This document shows, piece after piece, positions 52,872-64,000 of a stretch of DNA of 64,000 bases. Within the stretch, counting starts at the first letter, position 1. The number at the start of each line of letters is the position of its first letter. Under the pieces are notes generated by a model that saw only the letters and a program-made list of their open reading frames with translations, was not told the DNA's origin and made no database searches. Source of the DNA: Camelus ferus (taxonomy: Eukaryota); assembly GCF_009834535.1 (NCBI RefSeq), contig NC_045697.1, positions 69,938,001 through 70,002,000 on the forward strand. The letters are read 5' to 3'. Made by a program: the position numbers and the translations under genes.

Positions 52872-52946
52872 CTTCCAGTTGACCCATCCTTTGTCATTTT
52901 CATCCATGTTCTTTTTCAATTGGCCTCCATGGCTTGTCAAGTAAAA
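52872..52946 (-). CDS. TRMT10A: TRMT10A coding exon 4
   Basis: FYLTSHGGQLKKNMDENDKGWVNWK; 75 nt; ag/gt flanks. Confidence 0.96.
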
Positions 52947-53878
52947 CTAAAAAGAGATTGGCAGGTATAGAAAGAGAGGGCAAATGACTATTAAAGTCAA
53001 TTATTTTGTTCCCCTCACACATTCATCTGATTATCAACAAAACACAAAATGTTTTCATTCTTGAAAAAAATAAATTTATGACACGCTTTAAACATACAAT
53101 AATAAATTTGTGGTAGAAATGACATGTGTATTTTTGTTTATCTTCTAACCCACTAACTTCTGTATTTCATCTATATTTTCATCCCATTTTTCAAGCAGTT
53201 AAAATCTGCCTCAAGCTTAAGGAGCACTTTTCTATAAACTCCCTGCTTCCATGTCAAGTTTCCCTTCCCTTTCTTTTGTCACCACTGTTACTTTTTTACC
53301 AATCCAAAGTCTTCATAATTTGTCTTTGACTCTAAACTCTGAAACCTATTTCAAGTCTAATCAAGGGTAGGAAGAATGTAAAATGTAAAAATACAAAACT
53401 ACTATCATTTGATAAAAAGAAAATACCTAACCAAAAATATAGTAAGATTTCATCATTGAGCCAGAGTTAATTTTTAGGTCCCTCTAGAATTCAAACAAAT
53501 TCAGGTAAGAAAAATGGCCCTACTATTAACAGCAGCCAATTAGTCTCACAAATCATCCCCTCATTCTAGCTGTGAAAGTACGTTTCAAAATCATCATTGA
53601 CTCAAACAAGCAGCATAGTACACATCAGGTAGCAACAGTGCCTTCACTCCCCAGAAAGGAATGAACTGAGAGCTGAGAAACTGGTATGAAAATATGTGTA
53701 CATCCTTTACTGAAGACGTTGGACTACACGGCAATGAACAGGTCAATGTGCACAAGACTGATGATGACTGGGCAGTTTGTCTGTGAATGACACATGTGAA
53801 AAGATGTTTGAAGTATTTTATTTTTGTAGAAAAATAAAACATTTTTGAAATAGGCATTTTGTTTTCTAAGAGAGATTA

Positions 53879-54052
<174 letters not shown>

Positions 54053-54784
54053 CTATAAAAGAGTGTGCTTTTTAAGCAGAATTTTCAAAATCATCTATGG
54101 GCATTCCACAATCTTAGTGGAACAGAGTAAGAGGAAGGAATGACTAGATGGGTACACTTTTTCTTTTGAAATACAAGTCCTTTCTGATAATTTCCATTCA
54201 ATCTCATTATATACTAACAAAATAATTACTATAAGTCAATAAATACTCTGTAACTAACCCACTATTTCATATTTTGTATTCAACTAGCATTAAAAAATGA
54301 TAGTTCATGAAAATATTTACTCTTCTTAAGAGACAACAAAAGAAAAAAAGAACTCTCTTACAGCCACACTATTACAATTTTCATAACTTACCAAGGATTT
54401 GGAAAGTAATTAAAACATGTTCTTTTCAGTAGCATTGTTTAAACAAACAGATTTCTCAAACTATTGAATAAATAATTCTATTAAGCCAATCTTATTTCTT
54501 TTTTTTTTTGATTAGGATCGATAACAGAAATACCCACAGATCTTTATGATTAATATGCAGTTACTGAGTTTTATAATTTAATTATGGTATCTGTCTTTCC
54601 CTCTGTCTGTACTATAACATATGAATAAAAGCAACTTATTAACTACTTTAATTTGGGGGTACAGATGTTGAAAACTTTGATTTAAGATGCATTTTAGTAA
54701 ACAAATTCTTATCAAAGTCATATTACATGTTAAAGCAAGAATTATTCAGTCTATTTTCAGACCTATTAAAGGTATTCAGGATAC

Positions 54785-54947
54785 CTTTAGTACCATCAAG
54801 CTGTCAAAACTGCAGTCAACGATAAGGCGGAGTGTGCTGTGAACAACGTCTCTTCGAATACGTTTTCTGTCACTTCCATCTGTATTTGATTCCAGTTGAC
54901 ACTGTCGCTCTAACTGCTTTCTCTTGCGTTTTTCCTTCCGCTTTTGT
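54785..54947 (-). CDS. TRMT10A: TRMT10A coding exon 2
   Basis: [17 protein letters not shown]...[16 protein letters not shown]; ag/gt flanks; 163 nt, phase 2-0. Confidence 0.96.
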
Positions 54948-55098
54948 CTAAAATTAGTAGTTGAAAACAATTTTTTATTGTTATTTGTATATTCAGATAT
55001 TTACAAGACTTTTCTTAATAGACAAACAATTTTTAAAATCAGCAACCTAAACCGTAAGAAACTGCCATTTCTGTAGATCAAAAATTGTCAAATATCAG

Positions 55099-58000
55099 AG
55101 TGAGAGATTACTGGATTAAGATGGCATAGTAGGAACTTGAGCTCACATCCTCTCATGAACATAACAAAATCACAACTAACTACTGAACAACCATTGATAA
55201 AAAAGACTGGAACCTACCAAAAAAGATCTTCTACACCTAAAGACGTAAAGAAGGAACCACTATGAGGTGGTAGAAGGGGCACACTTACGATATAATCAAA
55301 TCCCATACCCTCCGGGATGGATGACTGACAAACTGAAGAATAACTGTATTGCATAAGTTCTCCCATAGAAGTGAGAGCTCTGAGCCCCATGGCAGATTCC
55401 CCAGCCTGGGGGTCTGCCATCAAGAAGAGGAGCTCCCAGGGTATTTGGTTTATATGGCCAGTGGGGCTTAACTGTAGGAGCTCCAGAGGAATGGGGGAAA
55501 TGGAGACCTCACTCTTAAAGGGCACACACAAAATCCCATGTACTGGACCAAGGGGAAAAGCAGTAATTTCATAGAAACCAGGGCCAGACCTACCTGCTGG
55601 TCTTGGAGGGTCTCCTGGGGAGGTGAGAGGTAGCTTTGGATCACTCTAGAAACCGAAAAGCTGGTGGCCAATATACTGGGGAGTATTCATCTGCACAAAT
55701 GCTCCTCCAGGCTGATATCTTGCTTGGGTCATTAGTACCTGGCCTCACCCAACAGCCTGTAGGCTCCAGTGCTGGGACACCTCAGGCAAACAAATAACTG
55801 GGTGGGAACACAGTCCTACCCATCAGCAGACAGGCTCTCTAAAGATTTCCTAAGCCCAAAGCCACCTGCCATCACAGGGGCAGGATCCAGATCCATCACC
55901 AGTGGGCAGGCACCAGCGCCACCCACCAGGAGGCCTGCACAAGCCTCTAGACCAGTCTCACCTACCTGGGAACAGACACCAGGAGCAAGAAAACTATGAT
56001 CCTGCAGCCTTTGAAATGAGTCCAAAATTCAGACCAGACTACCCTGGGACCAGCTGGCCCCTAGTCCTTAGGTGACGAGAGGGGAGTTCACTGCTGGGAT
56101 GCACAGGACATCTCCTACAATGGGATACTTCTCCAAAGTCAAGAAATGTAACTAACCTACTACATAACATAAAAATACAATAGAAATTTAGACAAAACAA
56201 GGCAGCAGAGGAATATGTTCTAGACAAAATCTCAGAAGAAGAACTAAGTGATGTGGAGATAGGCCATCTATCTGAGAAAGAGTTTTCAGTAACGGTCATA
56301 AAGATGTTCAGAGAATTTGGGAGAAGAATGGGTGCACAAAAACACAGTAGAAGAAACCAACAGTAAACTAAATGCGACAGAAGAACAGGCGAGTGATAGA
56401 AGACAGGGTAGTAAAAATCACTACCACAAAACAGGAAAAAAGAAAAAAGAAAGAAAAGAAAGAAGGACACTTTAAGAGAACTCTGGGACAACATCAAGGA
56501 CACTAATATTTGCATTATAGGGGTCCCAGAAGGAGAAGAGAGAGAGAAAGGGCCTGAGAAAATATTTAATAAGAGATAATAGCTGAAAAATTCCCTAACT
56601 TGGTAAAGGAAACAGTCAACCAAGTCCAGGAAACACAGAGTCCCATACAGGATTACCCTAAGAACAAAACCTAGACATAGTATGATTAAAATGATAAAAG
56701 TTAAAGACAAAGACAGAATATTAAAAGCAACAAAGGAAAAGCAATAAAAACATACAAGGGAACTCTCATAAGGTTATCAGCTGATATTTCACCAGAAACT
56801 CTGTAGACAGAAAGGAGTGGCACTATATATTTAAAGTGATGAAAGGGAAAAACCTACAACAAAGAATACCCTAACAGCAAGGCTGTCATTCAAATTTGAT
56901 GGGGAAATCAAAAGCTCTACAGATAAGCAAAAGGTAAAAGAATTCAGCACCACAAAAACAGCTTTACAACAAGTGCTAAAGGAACTTCTCTCAGTAGAAA
57001 AGAAAATGCCACAATTAGAAACAAGGAAAACTATAAAATGGAAAAGCTCACCGGTAAAGGTAAATACACAGTAAAGGTAGGAAATCATCCATGCACAAAC
57101 TCGGAAGAAGGTTAAATGACAAAAGTAGTAAAATCATCTGTATACACAATAAGCACTTAAGGGATACACAAAACAACTAAATGTAAAATATGGTATCAAA
57201 AACAGTAGTCATGAGGGGAGGAGAGCATAAATTCAGGGTATTTAAAATGCATTTGAAATTCAGAAATCAGCAATTTTAAACAATCATATATAGATACAGA
57301 CTGCTATACCAAAACCTCATGGTAACTGCAAGCCAATAATCTATAATATATATACACACAAAAAAGAAAGCAATCAAAACATAACACTAAAGATAGTCAT
57401 CAAATCACAAGAGAACAAAAGAAAAAAAGGAAAAAAAGACATCTACCAAAACAAATCCAAAACAATTAACAAAATGGCAATAAGAACATACATACCAATA
57501 AATTAAATGTAATTTAATTACATTTTACATTAAATGTAAACCAACTAAATACTCCAACCAAAAGACATAGACTGGCTGAATGGATACAAAAACAAGACTC
57601 ATATTTGCTGCCTACAAGAGACTCACTTCAGATCTAGAGACAGATACAGACTGAAAGTGAGGGGGTGGAAAAAGGTATTCTACTTAAATGGAGATCAAAA
57701 GAAAGCTGTAGTAGCAATACTTATATCAGACAAATAAACTTTGAAATAAAGACTGTTATAAGAGATAAAGAAAGACACTACAAAATGACCAAGGGATCAA
57801 CCCAGGAAGATGCTATAACAACTGTAAATATACAAGCACTCAACACAGGAGTACCTCAACACATAAGGCAAATCTTAATGGACATAAAAGGAGAAATCAA
57901 TAGTAACATAATGAAAGTAGGGAACTTTAACACCCACTTATATGAATGGACAGAAGATCCAGACAGAAAATCAATAAGGAGACACAGGTCTTAGGTAATA

Positions 58001-61000
58001 CAAGAGACCAAGGGGACTTAATTGATAATTTAGAGTATGCCACCTGAAAGCAGCAGAATACATTCTTTTCAAGTGTATATGGAACATTCTCCAGAACAGA
58101 TCACATGCTAGGCCACAAAACCACTCCCAGTAAATTTGGGAAAACTGAAATCATATTAAACATCTTTTCCAGCCACAACACTATGAAATTAGAAATCAAC
58201 TACAAGAAAAAACTGCAATAAACACAAACATGTGGAGGCTAAACAATATGCTACTAAACAACCCATGGTTCCCTGAAGAAATCAAAAAGGAAATTTTAAA
58301 AATACCTAGAAAAAGTGAAAATGAAAACAGGACAATACAAAATCTATGGGATGCAGCAAAAGCAGTTCTAAGAGGGAAGTTTACAGTGATATGAGCTTAC
58401 CTCAGGAAACAAGAACAATCTCAAATAAACCTAACCTCACACCTAAAACATATAGAAAAAGAAGAACAAACAAAACCCAAAGTTAGCAGAAGGAAAGAAA
58501 TCATAAACATCAGAGCAGAAATTAAAAAAAAAATAGAGATTAAAAAAATAAGTCAAAAGAACTAGCTTTTAGTTTCTTTGATAAGATAAACAAAACAGAT
58601 AAAATTTTAGCCAGACTCATCAAGAAAAAAAGGGAGAGGGCCCAAATCAATAAAATCAGAAATGAAAAAGAAGTTACAACCAACACCACAGAAATACAAA
58701 GGATCATAAAAGGCTACTACAAGCAACTATATGGCAATAAAATGGACAACCAAGAAGAAATGGACAAATTCTTAGAAAGGCAGACTCTCCCAAGAAACTA
58801 GGAAGGAAGGAATAGAAATATGAACAGACAAATTACCAGTAATGAAATTGAATCAATAATTAAAAAACCCGCAACAAACAAAAGTCCAGGACCAGATGGC
58901 TTCACAGGTGAATTCTACCAAACATTTAGAAAAACGGTGATGTCTATATTCTTCTGAAACTATTCCAAAAATTGAAGAGGATGGAGCACTTCCAAACTCA
59001 TTCTATGAGGTCACCATTCACCCTGATAGCAATGCAAAGAAAAATATCACAAAAAATGGAAATTACAGGTTACTATTACTGATGAATACAGATGCAAAAA
59101 TCCTCAACAAAATATTAGCAAACCAAATCCAACAATACATTAAAAGGATTATACACCATGATCAAGGTAGATTTATCGCAGGGTGCAAGGATTTTTTAAT
59201 ATCTGCAAACTGATCAGTGTGATACATCACATTAACAAACTGAAGAATAAAAACCATATTATCATCTCAATAGATGTAGAAAAAGCTTTTGATAAAATTC
59301 GACATCCATTTATGATAAAAACTCTCCAGAAGGTGGGCACAAAGGGAACATACCTAAACATAATAAAGGCCATATATGACAAACCCACAGCTAACATCAT
59401 ACTTAATGGGGAAAAGCTGAAAGCATTTCCTCTAAGATCAGGAAAAAGACAAGGGTGTCCACTCTCACCACTTTTATTCAACATAGTTTTGAAAATCCTA
59501 GCCACAGCGAATCAGAAAAGAAAAGGAAATAAAAGGAATCCACGTTGGAAAAGAAGAAGTAAAATGGTCATTGTTTGCAGATGACATGCTATTATACACA
59601 TAGAAAATCCTAAAGACACGACTAGAATTTATCAATAAATTCAGTAAAGTTGCAGGATACTAAATTAATACACAGACATCTGTTGTATTTCTATACAGTA
59701 ACAATGAAATATCAGGATAAGAAACTAAGGAAATAATTTCATTTACTATCCTATCAATAAAATAAAATAAAATACCTAGGAATAAACCTACCTAAGGAGG
59801 CAAAAGACCTGTACCCTGATATAAGATACTGATGAAAGAAACTGAAGACAACACAAACAGATGGAAAGATATATTGTGTTCCTGGATTGCAAGCATCATT
59901 AGTTAAAACGGCCAGACTACCCAAGGCAATAGAGAGATTCAATGAAATCCCTATCAAATTACCAATGGCACTTTTCAAAGAACTGGAACAAAAAAATTGA
60001 AAATTTGTATGGAAACACAAACAACCCTGAAGAGGCAAAAGAATCTTGAGAAAGAAGAACAGTCGGAGGAATCAAAGTCTCTGACTTCAGACTATTGCAT
60101 AAAGCTACAGTAATCAAAACAGTGTAGAACTAGCACAAAAACAGATACAAAGACCAATGGAATGGGATAGAAAGCCCTAAAATAAACCCATGCACTTATG
60201 GTCAATTAATCTACAACAAAGGGGGCAAGAATATACAATGGAGAAAAGACAGTCTCCTCAATAAGTGGTGCTGGGAAAACCACACAGCAACATGTAAAAG
60301 AATAACATTAGAACATTCTCTAGCACCATATAACAAAATAAACTCAAAATGGATTAAAGCCATAAAGGTAAGACCAGATACTATACAACTCCTAGAGGTA
60401 AACATTGGCAGAACACTCCTTGACGTAAATCACAGTAATATTTTTATGGATCCATCTTTTAGAAATGGAAACAAAAGCAAAAATAAACCAATGGGACCTA
60501 ATTAAACTGAAAAGCTTTTGTACAACAAAGGAAACCATAAACAAAACAAAAAGACAACCTACGGAATGGGAGAATATATTTGTGAAGGATGAGACCAACA
60601 AGAGATTTACTTCCAAAATACACAGACAGTTCTTACAGCTCAGTATCAAAAAACAACCCAACCAAAAAATGGACAGAACACCTAAACAGACATTTCTACA
60701 AAGAAGATAATCAGATGGCCAACAGGCACATGAAAAGATGCTTAACATCGCTTATTATTAAAGAAATGCAAATCAAAACTACAATGAGGTGTCACCTCAT
60801 ACTAGTCAGAATGGCCATCATCAAAAAGTCTACAAATAATATGCTGGATAAGGTGTGGAGGAAAGGAGCCCTCTACACTGTTGGGAATGTAAATTGCTGC
60901 AGCCACAGGAGAAAAGTACGGAGGTTCCTTAAAAAATGAAACACAGAGTTACCATATGATCCAGCAATCTCACTCCTGGTCATATATCTGAAGAAAACTC

Positions 61001-61576
61001 TAACTTGAAAAGACACATGCACCACAATGTTCACAGCAGTATTATTTACAATAGCCAAGCCACGGAATCAACTTAAGTGTCCATGGACAGGTGAATGGAT
61101 AAAGAACATATAGTATATTTATACAATGGAATATTATTCAGCCATAAAAAAGAATGAAATAACACCATTTGCAGTAACATGGATGAGATTATTATATGAC
61201 GTGAAGTCAGACAGAGAAAGGCAAATATGATTTCACTTATATGTGGAATCTAAAATTAAAAAAAGATACAAGTAAACTTATTTACAAACTAGAAATAGAC
61301 TCATAAAGAACAAAATATGGTTACCAAAGGAGAAAGGGGCTTGTGGGGAGGGATAAATTAGGAGGTTGGGATTAACATATACACACTACTATATATAAAA
61401 TTGATAAACAAGGACCTATTGTATAGCACAGGGAACTATATCCAATAACTCATAATTACCTATAATGGAAAAGAATCTGAAAAAGAAGATATATATGTAT
61501 ATGTATAAGTGAATCACTTTGTCGTACACCTGAAAATTACACACTATTAATCAACCATACTTTGATAAAAATAAAT
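55099..61576 (+). mobile_element. Full-length (about 6.5 kb) inactive L1, antisense within a TRMT10A intron
   Basis: 5' UTR starts with a YY1-like AAGATGGC. ORF1 motif LRELWDNIKDTNICIIGVPEGEE near 56472. ORF2 from about 57474 ([22 protein letters not shown]), then 3' UTR and A tail. TSD aaaaattgtcaaatatcag (55080-55098) / aaaaattctcaagtaccag (61577-61595). Confidence 0.96.
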
Positions 61577-62324
61577 AAAAATTCTCAAGTACCAGCAATT
61601 TTATATGGTCTATCTAAAAGCTTTAGATACAAAAGAAATAAATTTGCAAAAATAATATAATGCTTTCTACACAAATCCTAGCTATACTAGTAATTTCATT
61701 TATTACTGGTAGGTACCACATTATATGTACTAAGAAAACTTTATACTAAATTTGAGAGTTGTGATGAATTTTATCATACTTCACCTACATGACTTTTGAG
61801 TAATATTTATAACCATATTAAAAGGAAAATTGTTGGTGAAAAAGACTCATATACTTTTTCTCTAAGGTACATCAACTACAGTTTATTTTCTCCCAGTAAA
61901 TTTTGTCTGTATATAGTAATAGCTTCAGCCCAACTGCTCTCACCAAAATCTGTAATAGTTCTTTTGGTAAAATTTGAGATCTTCTGAGGCCCAAATTTGA
62001 CCTTTCTGAGGTGGTTATTTTTGTTCCATATCTAGGACATGGATGCTATCCCTCATCTAAATCAGTTGTTTCAGAAATTGTGCAGCTACTCACAATAGGT
62101 TCTGGGTGAGAAAAGTGTGTAGTGTAAATTCATCAACATTGTTAAAAAGAATTCAAAAACACATACAATTTTAGCAGTCAATTGACAGTGTTAGCTAACA
62201 ATACGCATAGCCCCAATTTTAATTAACACAATTACTTTTAATATATCAAAGGTCTATGCAAGGTCCAACATTCCATATTCCATATCTCTGAATAGGGGTA
62301 GAATATATGCATTTTGAAACATAC

Positions 62325-62509
62325 TTGCGGAGTTCTCGTTGCTCTTCCCATTGTTTCTGTTTCATGAGCTTCTTCATTTGCCTTTTAGATATGGGTTCAA
62401 ACCTTTCACCTAATCCTGGCTTCTGGTTCTCCTCCTGGTCTTCACTTAAGTCTTGTTTTTTTTCATCATTAGAAGTCCCACTAACTGCTGGTAACATTTC
62501 AGATGACAT
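62325..62509 (-). CDS. TRMT10A: TRMT10A (tRNA m1G9 methyltransferase) coding exon 1 (exon begins at 62521)
   Basis: [19 protein letters not shown]...[22 protein letters not shown]; acceptor ttttcag 12 nt upstream of the ATG, donor gtatgt; 185 nt. Confidence 0.96.
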
Positions 62510-62887
62510 TATTTGATGCTTCTGAAAAATTGAAAAGCAACTTTTGACATGAACAAATGATTCACGTAGAAAAAAAGTAAAATGAAAAAGAAAGACCAAA
62601 GGATGTGATTAAAATGAAACCATATCAGTAATGAATAAAAACATAAATTTAGGCAATTAAATGTCATTTACTGGCAAAGATCATTTTATGAAATGCGATA
62701 TTTTCATACATTATTGGCAGTCATGGCACAGTTTTTCCAGAAGGCTACACAGATCTATATGTTTCAAGAGCTCTAAAATGTTGATACTCTTTCATCCAGT
62801 AATTTATTTCCGTAGAATAAATCTCTGTAAATTAATCAGAAATATACACAAAATTAATGCAAAAGCATATATGTGCTGTTATTTTTT

Positions 62888-63018
62888 AATTTTGTTTTTT
62901 GGGGTTAATTAGGTTTATTTATTTATTTACTTATTTATTTAATGGCAGTACTGGAGATTGAACCCACGACCTCGTACATGCAAAGCACGTACTCTACCAC
63001 TGAGCTATACTCTCCCCC
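62888..63018 (-). mobile_element. tRNA-Ala-derived SINE (Vic-1-type)
   Basis: Reverse complement reads GGGGGAGAGTATAGCTCAGTGGTAGAGTACGTGCTTTGCATGTACGAGGTCGTGGGTTCAATCTCCAG; TSD gtgctgttattttt (62873-62886) / gtactgttattttt (63020-63033). Confidence 0.9.
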
Positions 63019-64000
63019 AGTACTGTTATTTTTAACAATAAAAAATTAGAAACTACTTGAATATCAGCAAAAGGGGACTAAATAATAAATTACAGTTCAT
63101 CTATAACACTGGCTGGAAATACTAAGCAGCCAGGAAAAACCATGCTTCCCAAAATTATTTAGTGATAATGGGAAACTGAATTGTTAAATAAGAAAATCAA
63201 AACAAAAAACAACACATAATGTCCAATTTTGTTTTAAAAAAACATATATACACATGCTTTAATTCTGACCCATGGCTTCTACATTTTCTAAATTTTATAC
63301 ATTGAAAATAGTTTTATAAAAGAAAATTATATTATTAAAAAAAGAGATGAAAAACACCTTTTCATAGTTGCCTTTAAAGCTATAGTATAAGAAAAATGTT
63401 ATTCTCATTATCTGGGTATACACTCAGCATTGGTTTTTGACAAAAGATATGTTACAGATTTCTACATTTTGGACAGTGCAGAAAACAAATTTGGTTGTAA
63501 GTTTCATTGTAAATATTCCACTTAAGTCATGGCTAAAAACCAAAATATGTAAGTTAACTCTGTAATCAGCTGTGGAATGCTTAGGGCCATTTCAAACATC
63601 TTTATTTGGATTTAACCACCCACATCTTTATACCTATTGCTCAGAACTGAACTTGCCTTCAGATTAGGGAAAGGGCTTAGAAATACTGAGATTTCTTTTC
63701 TCTTTAATTGATTATTAATATCAAGGCTTAAAAATATGTCACTTATCCCCACCAAAGACTAAACATGAAGCCTGCAAATGTTTTACTGGCCTTAAAGAAA
63801 AATTTATGATTCTCCCCTTTTACGGAGACAGCTAACAAGTCAGTGCAGAATACCTAAAAGAAAAAAGGTCAATTCCCACAATTCAGAAAATAGGAAAAAA
63901 CTTTTGCCAAACATAATTTAAGCAGTAGTTTTATTTATGGTTCCTTTTTTCTTTAAAACTGCAGTGTTGTAACAGGATATATGGGGATAATTAAGCAAAC

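Noticed and set aside
55214..55531. Antisense 105-codon ORF in the L1 5' UTR as an ORF0-like fusion to TRMT10A
   Set aside because: The donor phase matches, but the junction codon would be TG+A = TGA, and the ORF starts with TTG.
56039..56710. 223-aa hydrophobic minus-strand ORF, the longest in the track
   Set aside because: Antisense of A-rich L1 ORF1; a compositional artefact.
63019..64000. TRMT10A first exon or the promoter shared with MTTP
   Set aside because: No CpG island or first exon is visible; it is expected beyond the right edge of the window.

Overview
Mammalian genomic DNA, most likely a camelid judging by its tRNA-Ala-derived Vic-1-type SINEs. It holds two convergent genes. 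C4orf17 (+ strand) has 8 coding exons from 13297 to 32362, giving an intact 356-aa ORF. TRMT10A (- strand) has 7 coding exons from 62509 to 47579, giving an intact 339-aa tRNA m1G9 methyltransferase; its first exon and promoter lie outside the window. The rest is mostly transposon-derived: a full-length L1 with TSD in a TRMT10A intron, a truncated sister L1 carrying nested insertions, a large antisense old L1, an ERV mosaic with a tRNA-Ser primer-binding site, MaLR LTRs, MIR/L2 and DNA-transposon MITEs. The main unexpected signal is a chain of 11 short + strand exon-like segments between 1442 and 11555. Their splice phases join end to end and run in frame into the first coding exon of C4orf17. 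The first six are stop-free and the later ones carry nonsense codons. This suggests a decayed N-terminal extension of about 280 codons, or a fossil upstream gene. One of these exons contains a perfect RFX X-box. Repeat family names and old-repeat boundaries were assigned by eye and are approximate.
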